DNA from: Candidatus Binatia bacterium
Lineage (GTDB): Bacteria; Desulfobacterota; Binatia; UBA9968; JAJDTQ01
Length of the DNA: 64,000 bases
NCBI GenBank assembly: GCA_963666515.2
Contig: OY762897.2
Span: 2,816,001 to 2,880,000, forward strand
Reading direction: 5' to 3'
Shown one piece after another: positions 24,401 to 30,798 of the stretch. Below the pieces are notes generated by a model, which had not been told where the DNA came from, searched no databases, and was given only the letters and a program-made list of their open reading frames with translations. Made by a program: the position numbers and the translations under genes. Within the stretch, counting starts at the first letter, position 1; every line of letters starts with the position of its first letter.

Positions 24401-27400
24401 GCGCCGGCAGCGGCAAGCTGACCCTCGCCGCCTCGGTGACCGGCAGCGGCACGCTCGCGAAGTGGCAGTACAAGCAGAAGAAAGGCGGCGGCAACTTCGA
24501 CGACGACTGGACCGACATCAACAGCACTTCGACGAACCTGAGTTACACCCTCACCGGGCTGACCGGCGGCACCAACTACCAGTACAAAGTGCGCGCGGAG
24601 AACGCCACCGGCGCCGGCGCCGAGTCGGACGCCTCAGTGGCGGCGCAGCCGGCAAACGAGACCCTGACGGCGAGCTCGGTGGAGGCGGCCACCGCGACCC
24701 TGACCCTCGGCAACTACACGGGCAACTGGTGGCTGAAGCGCACGACGCCGGCGGACACCAACTGCAAGTCCAAGGGCACGACCGCCACCGAGTCCCTGTC
24801 GGACCTGTCGTCCAACACCAGCTACACCTACAAGGCCTACAGCAACAATACCTGCGCGACCGAACTGGCGGCCGAGACCTTCCTGACCAAGCCGGGCAAG
24901 CCCACCAAGCCCACGGCGACCAGCGGCGCCGGCAGCGGCAAGCTGACCCTCGCCGCCTCGGTGACCGGCAGCGGCACGCTCGCGAAGTGGCAGTACAAGC
25001 AGAAGAAAGGCGGCGGCAACTTCGACGACGACTGGACCGACATCAACAGCACTTCGACGAACCTGAGTTACACCCTCACCGGGCTGACCGGCGGCGCCAA
25101 CTACCAGTACAAAGTGCGCGCGGAGAACGCCACCGGCGCCGGCGCCGAGTCGGACGCCTCGGTGGCGGCGCAGCCGGCAAACGAGACCCTGACGGCGAGC
25201 TCGGTGGAGGCGGCCACCGCGACCCTGACCCTCGGCAACTACACGGGCAACTGGTGGCTGAAGCGCACGACGCCGGCGGACACCAACTGCAAGTCCAAGG
25301 GCACGACCGCCACCGAGTCCCTGTCGGACCTGTCGTCCAACACCAGCTACACCTACAAGGCCTACAGCAACAATACCTGCGCGACCGAACTGGCGGCCGA
25401 GACCTTCCTGACCAAGCCGGGCAAGCCCACCAAGCCCACGGCGACCAGCGGCGCCGGCAGCGGCAAGCTGACCCTCGCCGCCTCGGTGACCGGCAGCGGC
25501 ACGCTCGCGAAGTGGCAGTACAAGCAGAAGAAAGGCGGCGGCAACTTCGACGACGACTGGACCGACATCTCGTCCACCTCGACCTCGTTGAGCCATACGA
25601 TCACCGGCCTGACCGACGGCGCCGACTACCAGTACAAGGTGCGCGCGGAGAACGCCACCGGCGCCGGCGCCGAGTCGGACGCCTCGGATGCAGAGCAGCC
25701 GTCCTCCGTCCTCAGGGGCTTCACGTTCTCGTCCACGGCCGTGACGGTGCCGGAGAAGTCGACGGCCACCTACACGGTGAAGCTGGCGACCAAGCCGACC
25801 GCGGACGTGACCGTCACCGTCGCGCGCAAGACCGGCAGCGGGCACGACACCGACCTGACGGTGGACACCGACATCGACACCCCCGGCAACCAGAGCACGC
25901 TGACCTTCACCACCACCAACTGGAACACGGCCCAGACCGTCACCCTGGCTGCGGCCGAGGACGCCGACATCGTGCACGGCACTGCGACCATCGGGCACAC
26001 CGCCACCGGCGGCGGCTATGCCAACGTGACCGGTGAGGTCGTGGCCACCGAGTTGGATGCTTCTGGGAACAGAGAGGAGACGCAGCAGCCGGTGACGCGG
26101 GAGCCGGAAGCGCCGTCGATGCCGACAGTGACGGCGAAGCACGAGAGCCTGGCGGTGTCCTGGACCGCGCCCCCAACGAACGGCTTCGCGATCACGGGCT
26201 ACGCCGTGCAGTACCGTGCATGCACGGCGACCGACAGGACCTGCGCGTCGAACCCGACCTGGGGCGACTGGACTTCGCTTACCCATACCGGGACCGCTAC
26301 GACGGCAACCATCGGCTCGCTGACCAACGGCACGGCCTACCAGGTGCATGTGAGGGCGAAGAGCGCAGCCGGTGACTCCGGCTGGTCCGCACCCGGGCAG
26401 GCGGTGCCGGAAGTGCAGGAGCCGGAGGCGCCGTCGATGCCGACGGTGACGGCGAAGCACGAGAGCTTGGCGGTGTCGTGGACCGCGCCCCCGACCAACG
26501 GCTCGGCGATCACCGGCTACGCCGTGCAGTACCGGGCATACACGGCGACCGGCAGAATCCGCGCGTCGAACTCGACCTGGGGCGACTGGACTTCGCTTAC
26601 CCATACCGGGACCGCTACGACGGCAACCATCGACTCGCTGACCAACGGCACGGCCTACCAGGTGCGGGTGAGGGCGGAGAGCGCGGCCGGCGACTCCCGC
26701 TGGTCCGCCTCCGGACAAGCGGTGCCGGAAGTGCAGGAGCCGGAGGCGCCGTCGATGCCGACGGTGACGGCGAAGCACGAGAGCCTGGCGGTGTCGTGGA
26801 CGGCGCCCCCGACCAACGGCTCGGCGATCACCGGCTACGCCGTGCAGTACCGGGCATACACGGCGACCGGCAGAATCCGCGCGTCGAACCCGACCTGGGG
26901 CGACTGGACGTCACTCACCCATACCGGGACCGCTACGACGGCAACCATCGGCTCGCTGACCAACGGCACGGCCTACCAGGTGCGGGTAAGGGCAGAGAGC
27001 GCGGCCGGCAACTCCCGCTGGTCCGCACCCGTACATGCGGTGCCGGAGGCGCAGGAGCCGGAGGCGCCGTCGATGCCGACGGTGACGGCGAAGCACGAGA
27101 GCCTGGCGGTGTCGTGGACGGCGCCCCCGACCAACGGCTCGGCGATCACCGGCTACGCCGTGCAGTACCGGGCATGCACGGCGACCGGCAGGATCTGCGC
27201 GTCGAACCCGACCTGGGGCGACTGGACGTCACTCACCCATACCGGGACCGCTACGACGGCAACCATCGGCTCGCTGACCAACGGCACGGCCTACCAGGTG
27301 CGGGTAAGGGCGGAGAGCGCGGCTGGCGACTCCGGCTGGTCCGCACCCAGACAGGCGGTACCGGAGGCGGTGAAGCTGACCGTAAGCGCGGTGGAGGCCA

Positions 27401-29295
27401 CGACGGCGACCCTGACCATCATCGCCAACCCCGGCGGCGCCTGGTACTACAAGGCGAACAAATCCCCGGACGACACCTGCAAGCTGGGCGGCGAGGAAAC
27501 GTCGGACACGAAGAACCTGACCGGCCTCACGCCGGCTACCAACTACACCTACAAGACGTACAGCGACAGCAACTGTTCCGCGGAGTTGCCCACGACGGCT
27601 GTGTTCCTGACCAAACCGGGTCAGGTGACGGGGGTGACGGTGACGGCTGCGCACCAGAGCCTGGGCGTGTCCTGGACGGCACTGTCAGGGACGGTGACGG
27701 GCTACAAGGTGCAGTGGAAGTCGGGCAACCACGACTACGACACGACAGAACAGAACACGGTGACGACGGGGACGACGACATCGATCACCGGGCTGTCCAA
27801 CGACGTGCAGTACACGGTGCGGGTGACGGCGTACAACGCCAGTGGCGACGGCGCACCCTCGGCCGAGGCCACCGGGGCGCCGTCGCCACTGGCGATCGCG
27901 GCGCCGGCGTGGATGGCGCGCTTCGGACGCACGGTGGCGGAGCAGGTGCTGGATGCGGTGGAGAGCCGGATGCGGACGCCGCCAGCGCTCCGGGGGGAAC
28001 TGATTCTGGCCGGCCATGGGGTCGGCGGGGACCCGGTTGCGGACGAGGAGGCCGCCCGGCTGGCGGCGTCGGTGCGGCGCCTGGCGGACCCGACGCGCCA
28101 CGAGAACGATCCGGCGGGGCGGGAGCCGGTCTCGCTGACGGAGCGGGATCTCCTGACCAGGAGCTCGTTCACGCTGGCGGGCGGCGCAGAGGGTGGACCC
28201 GCCTACGGTCTGTGGGGCCGCGCTGCGGTGTCGCGCTTCGACGGTTGGGACGGCGACCTGTCGGTCGAGGGCGACGTGACGAGCGCCCTGCTGGGGGCGG
28301 ACTGGAGGCATGGAGCGCTGACCGCCGGGCTGGTGGCGGCCCACAGCGAGGGCGACGGCGCCTACCGTGCGTCCTCGAGCAACGGCGAGGTGTCGGCGTC
28401 GCTGACGGGGTTCTATCCCTGGGGCCGGTATGCGCCGAGCGAGCGGCTGTCGCTGTGGGGGGTGGCGGGCTATGGCAGGGGCACGCAGAGGCTCAAGCCG
28501 GAAGAACGGCCCGCGGTGCGGACCGACCTCGACCTGCTGATGGCGGCCGCGGGCCTGCGCGGGACGCTGGCCGCGGCACCACGGACCGGCGGCTTCGGAC
28601 TCGCGCTGAAGACGGACGCTTTCCTGGTTCGAACGACCTCGGACAAGGCCGAAGGCGTGGCCGCGGTCAGAGCCGACGCGAACCGTCTGCGGCTGCTCCT
28701 CGAAGCATCCCGGCCGTTCAGCCTGGACCGTGTCGTGCTGATCCCGAGAGTGGAGTTGGGTCTGCGTCTCGACGGTGGAGACGCCGAGAGCGGGACGGGC
28801 GTCGAGGTCGGCGCCGGCATGGGCTACTCGGGAGAACGGGTCACCGTCGAGGGCTCGGTGCGCGGCACCGTGGCGCACGAGGACTCCGGTTACGAGAAAT
28901 GGGGCGCCAGCCTGTCCGTGCGCGTCGATCCAGGTCCGGGCGGCCGGGGGCTCTCCCTCACCCTCACCCCCTCCATGGGCGACGCCGCCAGCGGCACGGA
29001 TCGGCTGTGGTCGCAGACCGACCGCGGGACGCTCGCGCCGGACGGAGCGTTGGACGCAGGCGTTGGACGCAGGGGGCGGCTGGAGGCCGAGGTCGGCTAC
29101 GGGTTCGGCGCGCCGCGCGGTCTCGGGGTGGTGACGCCGTATGCGGGACTCGGACTCGCCGGCCAGCGGTCCTGGAAGGCCGGCGCGCGCTGGAAGGTGA
29201 GCCCGAACACGAGCCTGAGCTTCGAAGGCACGCTCCGAGAGGCGGCGGACGCGCCGGAACACGGACTGGCGCTACGGGCACAGCTACGCTGGTAG
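9451..29295 (+). CDS. Giant (~6600 aa) FN3/LRR repeat surface protein with C-terminal autotransporter-like beta-barrel
   Basis: Long signal peptide ending AASA; FN3 motifs (GLTNGTxYxFKVRAVN); ~13 LRRs; ~26 two-domain units; C-terminal amphipathic strands ending LRAQLRW. Start uncertain (TTG 9451 or ATG 9460). Confidence 0.9.
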   Translation: MSSMRLRVPTNTHQPYDHLSGRGPAGVRAEHAASAFRRSRGLSTAALLVLVLLLAAGAASAREPTEPAAETLTAGSIEATTATLTISNHSGDWYYQYAAPTGGTCSSAVTTTSTTVSDLSANTSYTFKAYSDSSCKTELAAAAAFPTLPPKPSTPATTAGTDDGTLILSSSVTGSAPLTKWQYRQKAGAGKYGAWTDVSSTSTSLSHLLTGLTDGADYRFKVRAVNASGAGAASDASVVTPESDEVTVAAAPGTPTKPGAYSYNAAVGLSSQTSDGGAWITRWQYRYKSKPAGGSYGNYSGWINVQLTGSRFGLYLTGLTNGTEYTFKVRAVNADGAGPESPESYPVKPGYPVAPPKPTAAAANASVSLGTFVRYDGGFSIIRWQYQYKSKPAGGNYGNYGNWVNVQQAGRRMQTTVSSLTNGTEYTFKVRAVNANGNGYESPESDAVTPTAVVTLVCNRTAQVRTAIIAAVSGRSTCGAITATDLAGITGELNLESKGIASLKAGDFEGLTSVTTLDLSDNDLPSLPAGIFDQLTSLTRLELKRTGLNQLRAGVFDQLSNLTRLELGAYGGDSDNGNPLTSLPAGVFDRLSNLTRLGLQGNDLTSLPVGVFDQLTNLTNLLLSFNDLTSLPVGVFDRLTNLTNLFLSNNDLTSLPVGVFDQLTSLTYLNLSNNDLTSLPVGVFDQLTNLTSLGLRNNDLTSLPAGVFDKLTSLTYLSLYANDLTSLPAGVFDKLTNLPLLYLGNNDLTSLPAGVFDKLTSLTTLDLGHNDLTSLPAGVFDKLTNLTNLFLSGTSLTCLPGIPTSVTTLFLQKAESTYAACGGAVTVSKSSLTVLPTATATYTVVLDAEPNRYANSGTVTVTPASSDTSKATVSGALTFTSGNWSTPQTVTVTGKAVGSATISHTVSDTGGYDDATAPNVAATVAGKVLTASSITTSGATLTIAGHTGNWYYQYTAPTGGTCSSTAVTGNSTTVSDLTANTSYTFKAYSDAGCATELVAADAFPTLPPKPAKPTATAGAGSGTLTLASSVTGTAALTQWQYKQKEGTGNYDADWTDIDSTSTSLSYTLTGLTNGTNYQYKVRAKNASGNSADSDASTAAQPGAVTLTAGSVEAATATLTLGNWTGNWWLKRTTPADTTCKSKGTTATEDLTTLSSNTSYTYTAYSDSTCATELASETFLTKPGKPTTPQAASGAGSGTLVVSASVTGSGTIAKWQYKQKEGAGNFDADWTDIDSTATVLSHTLTGLTNGTDYQYKVRAENASGAGADSDASTAAQPGAVTLTAGSVEAATATLTLGNWTGNWWLKRTTPADTTCKSKGTTATEDLTTLSTNTSYTYTAYGDSTCATQLTSETFLTKPGKPTKPTATAGAGSGKLTLSASVSGDGALTKWQYKQKEGAGNYDADWTDVSGTSTSLTHVISGLTDGTNYQYKVRAENASGAGADSDASTAAQPGDKTLKASAVEATTATLTLGNHAGNWWLKRTTPADTTCKSKGTTATESLTTLSSNTSYTYKAYSNSTCATELATAIFLTKPGKPTKPTAAAGAGSGALTLSASVTGNGTPTKWQYQQKEGIGGYGAWKDIVSTSTSLSHVVRELTDGTNYQFKVRAENATGAGAESDASDAATPTDETLTASSITATGATLTIGSYTGSWYYQYTAPTGGTCSSEITGTSATVSDLTANTSYTFKAYSDYTCTTELAAASAFTTLPPKPAKPTVTAGTVADTLVLASSVTGTAALVKWQYKQKAGTGNFDTDWTDISSTSKSLSHTVTGLTSGTNYQYKVRAENASGSGAESDASTAVQPPDETLTASSVAATTATLTLGKHSGNWWLKRTTPADTNCKSKGTTATEDLTSLSTNTSYTYKAYGNNTCTTELASETFLTKPGKPTTPTATAGAGSGKLTLAASVTGGGTLTKWQYKQKEGTNNYDDDWTDINSTSTSLSYTVTGLTDGTNYQYKVRAENATGTGATSDASVAAQPLDETLTASSVEATTATLTIGNYTGNWYYQYTSPSGGTCSTSAVTTPAVDLDDLSSNTSYTYKAYGNDTCATELASETFLTKPGKPTKPTATAGAGSGKLTLTASVTGSGTLTKWQYKQKEGTGNFDDDWTDIDSTSTNLSYTLTGLTDDTDYQYKVRARNATGAGAESDASTAAQPTDETLTASNVEATTATLTLGNYAGNWWLKRTTPADTNCKSKGTTATEDLSDLSSNTSYTYKAYSDSSCANELVPATLLTKPGKPTKPTATAGSGSGRLTLAASVTGSGTLIKWQYKQKKGAGNFDADWTDIDSTSTNLSYTLTGLTDGADYQYKVRAENATGAGAESDASTAAQPLDETLTASSITTSGATLTIGNHPGSWYYKQTAPTTGDCSTEITGTSTTVSDLTANTSYTFKAYSDTGCETELAAASAFPTLPPKPSKPTATAGVGSGKLTLTASVTGTATLTRWQYKQKKDNGNYGSWQDISGTSTSLSHVLSGLTNSSAYQYKVRAENASGAGAESDASVAAKPGTVPKMGTPTLTGGNKRISVSWTHPTGVTGLQAYRIRYRKKGTSTWTYADARSDNGHQNYYANQTSATLPAHEDFTMQDGTTYQVEIRAGKWNDGYSGWGAWSDTAEALTTKLTASDVEATTATLTLTGHSGNWYYKYTSPSGGTCSTSAVTTPAKDLADLSSNTSYTYKAYSDSGCSSNKELATAPAFLTKPGKPTKPTATAGAGSGKLTLAASVTGSGTLAKWQYKQKKGSGNYDDDWTDIDSTSTNLSYTLTGLTDGTNYQYKVRARNATGAGATSDASTAAQPTDETLTASSVEAATATLTLGNYTGNWWLKRTTPADTTCKSKGTTATEDLTTLSSNTSYTYKAYSDDTCATELKSATFLTKPGKPTKPTATAGAGSGKLTLAASVTGSGTLAKWQYKQKKGGGNYDDDWTDINSTSTSLSYTLTGLTDGTNYQYKVRARNATGAGAESDTSTAAQPLDETLTASSVEAATATLTLGNYTGNWWLKRTTPADTTCKSKGTTATEDLTTLSSNTSYTYKAYSNDTCATELKSATFLTKPGKPTKPTATAGAGSGKLTLAASVTGSGTLAKWQYKQKKGSGNYDDDWTDINSTSTSLSHVVTGLTDGTNYQYKVRARNATGAGATSDASTAAQPLDETLTASSVEAATATLTLGNYTGNWWLKRTTPADTTCKSKGTTATEDLTTLSSNTSYTFKAYSDDTCATELKSATFLTKPGKPTKPTATAGAGSGKLTLAASVTGSGTLAKWQYKQKKGGGNYDDDWTDINSTSTNLSYTLTGLTDGTNYQYKVRARNATGAGATSDASTAAQPLDETLTASSVEAATATLTLGNYTGNWWLKRTTPADTTCKSKGTTATEDLTTLSSNTSYTFKAYSDDTCATELKSATFLTKPGKPTKPTATAGAGSGKLTLAASVTGSGTLAKWQYKQKKGGGNYDDDWTDINSTSTNLSYTLTGLTDGTNYQYKVRARNATGAGAESDASTAAQPLDETLTASSVEAATATLTLGNYTGNWWLKRTTPADTTCKSKGTTATEDLTTLSSNTSYTFKAYSDSNCATELLASETFLTKPGKPTKPTATSGAGSGKLTLAASVTGSGTLKKWQYKQKEGGGNFDDDWTDIDSTSTSLSYTLTGLTDGTDYQYKVRAENATGAGATSDASVAAQPANETLTASSVAATTATLTIGNYTGNWWLKRTTPADTNCKSKGTTATEDLTTLSSNTSYTYKAYSNSTCATELASETFLTKPGKPTKPTATSGAGSGKLTLAASVTGSGTLAKWQYKQKKGGGNFDDDWTDINSTSTSLSHTITGLTDGADYQYKVRAENTTGAGAESDASTAAQPLDETLTASSVAATTATLTIGNYGGEWYYKHTSPSSGSCSSSAVTTSAVDLEDLSSNTSYTYKAYSNNTCTTELAAAPAFLTKPGKPTKPTATAGAGSGKLTLAASVTGSGTLAKWQYKQKKGSGNFDDDWTDISSTSTSLSHTITGLTDGADYQYKVRARNATGAGADSDASTAAQPLDETLTASSVEAATATLTLGNYTGNWWLKRTTPADTTCKSKGTTATEDLTTLSSNTSYTYKAYSDDTCATELAAETFLTKPGKPTKPTATAGAGSGKLTLAASVTGSGTLAKWQYKQKKGGGNFDDDWTDINSTSTSLSYTLTGLTGGANYQYKVRAENATGAGAESDASVAAQPANETLTASSVEAATATLTLGNYTGNWWLKRTTPADTNCKSKGTTATESLTTLSSNTSYTYKAYSDNTCATELASETFLTKPGKPTKPTATSGAGSGKLTLAASVTGNGTLAKWQYKQKKGGGNFDDDWTDIDSTSTNLSHTLTGLTGGTNYQYKVRAENATGAGAESDASVAAQPANETLTASSVEAATATLTLGNYTGNWWLKRTTPADTNCKSKGTTATESLSDLSSNTSYTYKAYSNNTCATELAAETFLTKPGKPTKPTATSGAGSGKLTLAASVTGSGTLAKWQYKQKKGGGNFDDDWTDIDSTSTNLSHTLTGLTDGTNYQYKVRAENATGAGAESDASVAAQPANETLTASSVTATTATLTLGNYTGNWWLKRTTPADTNCKSKGTTATESLTTLSSNTSYTYKAYGNSTCATELAAETFLTKPGKPTKPTATAGAGSGKLTLAASVTGSSTLKKWQYKQKKGGGNFDDDWTDINSTSTSLSHTITGLTDGADYQYKVRTENATGAGAESDASTAAQPGAVTLTASSVEAAIATLTIGKHSGNWWLKRTTPADTNCKSKGTTATEDLTTLSSNTNYTYKAYSNSTCATELAAETFLTKPGKPAKPTATSGAGSGKLTLAASVTGSGTLAKWQYKQKKDGGNFDDDWTDINSTSTSLSHTITGLTDGADYQYKVRAENATGNGAESDASVAAQPANETLTASSVEAATATLTLGNYTGNWWLKRTTPADTNCKSKGTTATEDLSDLSSNTSYTYKAYSNNTCATELAAETFLTKPGKPTKPTATSGAGSGKLTLAASVTGSGTLAKWQYKQKKGGGNFDDDWTDINSTSTNLSYTLTGLTGGTNYQYKVRAENATGAGAESDASVAAQPANETLTASSVEAATATLTLGNYTGNWWLKRTTPADTNCKSKGTTATESLSDLSSNTSYTYKAYSNNTCATELAAETFLTKPGKPTKPTATSGAGSGKLTLAASVTGSGTLAKWQYKQKKGGGNFDDDWTDINSTSTNLSYTLTGLTGGANYQYKVRAENATGAGAESDASVAAQPANETLTASSVEAATATLTLGNYTGNWWLKRTTPADTNCKSKGTTATESLSDLSSNTSYTYKAYSNNTCATELAAETFLTKPGKPTKPTATSGAGSGKLTLAASVTGSGTLAKWQYKQKKGGGNFDDDWTDISSTSTSLSHTITGLTDGADYQYKVRAENATGAGAESDASDAEQPSSVLRGFTFSSTAVTVPEKSTATYTVKLATKPTADVTVTVARKTGSGHDTDLTVDTDIDTPGNQSTLTFTTTNWNTAQTVTLAAAEDADIVHGTATIGHTATGGGYANVTGEVVATELDASGNREETQQPVTREPEAPSMPTVTAKHESLAVSWTAPPTNGFAITGYAVQYRACTATDRTCASNPTWGDWTSLTHTGTATTATIGSLTNGTAYQVHVRAKSAAGDSGWSAPGQAVPEVQEPEAPSMPTVTAKHESLAVSWTAPPTNGSAITGYAVQYRAYTATGRIRASNSTWGDWTSLTHTGTATTATIDSLTNGTAYQVRVRAESAAGDSRWSASGQAVPEVQEPEAPSMPTVTAKHESLAVSWTAPPTNGSAITGYAVQYRAYTATGRIRASNPTWGDWTSLTHTGTATTATIGSLTNGTAYQVRVRAESAAGNSRWSAPVHAVPEAQEPEAPSMPTVTAKHESLAVSWTAPPTNGSAITGYAVQYRACTATGRICASNPTWGDWTSLTHTGTATTATIGSLTNGTAYQVRVRAESAAGDSGWSAPRQAVPEAVKLTVSAVEATTATLTIIANPGGAWYYKANKSPDDTCKLGGEETSDTKNLTGLTPATNYTYKTYSDSNCSAELPTTAVFLTKPGQVTGVTVTAAHQSLGVSWTALSGTVTGYKVQWKSGNHDYDTTEQNTVTTGTTTSITGLSNDVQYTVRVTAYNASGDGAPSAEATGAPSPLAIAAPAWMARFGRTVAEQVLDAVESRMRTPPALRGELILAGHGVGGDPVADEEAARLAASVRRLADPTRHENDPAGREPVSLTERDLLTRSSFTLAGGAEGGPAYGLWGRAAVSRFDGWDGDLSVEGDVTSALLGADWRHGALTAGLVAAHSEGDGAYRASSSNGEVSASLTGFYPWGRYAPSERLSLWGVAGYGRGTQRLKPEERPAVRTDLDLLMAAAGLRGTLAAAPRTGGFGLALKTDAFLVRTTSDKAEGVAAVRADANRLRLLLEASRPFSLDRVVLIPRVELGLRLDGGDAESGTGVEVGAGMGYSGERVTVEGSVRGTVAHEDSGYEKWGASLSVRVDPGPGGRGLSLTLTPSMGDAASGTDRLWSQTDRGTLAPDGALDAGVGRRGRLEAEVGYGFGAPRGLGVVTPYAGLGLAGQRSWKAGARWKVSPNTSLSFEGTLREAADAPEHGLALRAQLRW
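10900..11850 (+). repeat. Leucine-rich repeat block (24-aa, 72-bp units)
   Basis: LTSLPxGVFDxLTxLxxLxLxxND repeats preceded by a Cys-containing cap (CNRT...C). Confidence 0.9.
12235..25700 (+). repeat. Tandem array of ~25 units of ~525 bp (175 aa)
   Basis: Units recur every 522-533 bp (e.g. 17823, 18348, 18873, 19398, 19923), interrupted once by a different FN3 domain at ~16960-17285. Confidence 0.9.
26101..27372 (+). repeat. Four 318-bp FN3 repeats
   Basis: EPEAPSMPTVT starts at 26101, 26419, 26737 and 27055. Confidence 0.9.
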
Positions 29296-30777
29296 CCGAG
29301 CGGGCGGGTCGCCGTCCGGCGGCGAGGTTGCCGGGCTCCCGCCGGGGCTGGCGAAGCGGTCGTTCAAGGCCTGGACGTAGCCGTTGGCCTCGGTGATCAC
29401 CTGGGAGAGCTGCCGGCGCGTGCTCTGGTTCCAGCCGGCAGGATGGCCCGCGAACACGTTCCGCCACGGGCTCGTGTTCCTGCGGAACCCGGCCGTGAGA
29501 GCGGCCAGCACCTCGGTGTCGCGGGCCTCTCCCAGTTCCCGTCCGAGCCGTCTCACCACCCGGTTGGCGACGAGCCGGCGGAAGGAGTGATGGAGGTAGC
29601 CCGCGGCCAGCGCGGCCACCGCCAGCGCGGCGTACCGCCATACCGGCTCCGTCCACAGCCCGGACCAGAAGGGATGGGTGAGCCGCAGGCCGTTCCATTC
29701 GCCGGTCCACAGGGTCCATGCCGCCAGGGCGGCCAGGACCGCGCCGAAGGCGATGCCGTCCAGCCGCCGGACCCGGCGGCGCCACTCCGTGATCATCGCC
29801 TGCAGGCGGGGGACCAGCCGCAGCTCGATGTCGCGGGCGCCGTGCTCCAGCACTCCCATGACGCGGTAGGCGCGGTCCACTTCCACCTGGCGGATGCGGC
29901 CGTGTATCTCGGCCAGGTCGAAGTCGCGCTTCTGCTCGAAGCGCGCGCGCACGCCCTCGTCCTCGATGGCGATGGCCGCTCCCGGACTGTAGATGCAGTA
30001 GAACCGTCCGGCGGTGAGTCCCTTCTGCGCCAGCGCCCGCTGCCACGAACCCACGATGTCTTCCGGGTTGTTCTCCCGCGAGGTGTGGTCCATCTGGTTC
30101 AGCACGTAGAGGAACTTGCTGGAGTCGGTCCGGTGAATGGTCTCCGCCACCAGGTGCTGCAGGGTGTCCTGCATGGTGCCGGGCTCGGGGTGCCTGGCGT
30201 CGAAGAACACCAGCACCAGATCCGACAGGTCGATGATGCGGTCGGTGACCCGCAACGTCGCCGTGCGCTGCTGATCGGCGTCGAAGCCGGGCGAGTCGAT
30301 GAAGATCCTGCCCCGCAGGGCCTCGCTGGAGCAGGTCTTGAGCTGGAGGTAGGCGTCGATGCGGCTTCCCTCGCCGGCGCTGATCTCCTCGATGGCCCGG
30401 CTCATCTTGTAGAACGGAAAGCGCGGGTCGGCGTCCAGGGCCACCCCGGGAAGCACGCGCACGTCGTCCTCCTTGCCGAAGCAGAGGACCGTGAACCGGT
30501 CGTCCACGGCCTGGTTGCCGGTGGGCTGCAACGCCTGCCCCAGGAAATCGTTGATGAAGGTGGACTTGCCCGACGAGTAGGTCCCCAGCACCGCCACCAG
30601 CGGCCACCACGGGATGCGCGTGGCGTGGGATTCGTCAGCGCCCAGGAACCCCAGCCGGCGCGAGATGGCGTCGAGCTTGCGGAAGCTGCCGACCGCGCTC
30701 AGGAGAACGGGGTTCTCCGTGCGGAGGTGGTCCTCCAGGCTCCTGAGCCTCGCTTCCAGTTCAGCGGGTACCGCCAT
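29284..30777 (-). CDS. Dynamin/EHD-like P-loop NTPase with C-terminal membrane hairpin
   Basis: GTYSSGKST, DSPG and NQMD motifs; two hydrophobic segments near the C-terminus. Confidence 0.8.
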   Translation of the reverse strand: MAVPAELEARLRSLEDHLRTENPVLLSAVGSFRKLDAISRRLGFLGADESHATRIPWWPLVAVLGTYSSGKSTFINDFLGQALQPTGNQAVDDRFTVLCFGKEDDVRVLPGVALDADPRFPFYKMSRAIEEISAGEGSRIDAYLQLKTCSSEALRGRIFIDSPGFDADQQRTATLRVTDRIIDLSDLVLVFFDARHPEPGTMQDTLQHLVAETIHRTDSSKFLYVLNQMDHTSRENNPEDIVGSWQRALAQKGLTAGRFYCIYSPGAAIAIEDEGVRARFEQKRDFDLAEIHGRIRQVEVDRAYRVMGVLEHGARDIELRLVPRLQAMITEWRRRVRRLDGIAFGAVLAALAAWTLWTGEWNGLRLTHPFWSGLWTEPVWRYAALAVAALAAGYLHHSFRRLVANRVVRRLGRELGEARDTEVLAALTAGFRRNTSPWRNVFAGHPAGWNQSTRRQLSQVITEANGYVQALNDRFASPGGSPATSPPDGDPPARLPA

Positions 30778-30798
30778 GGCTTCCCCTTCCGGCCTCGC

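Noticed and set aside
12532-29396. Long alternative-frame and antisense ORFs (1604, 1663, 972 aa and others) inside the giant gene
   Set aside because: Expected from high GC3 and tandem repeats; low-complexity R/G/H composition and no recognisable motifs.
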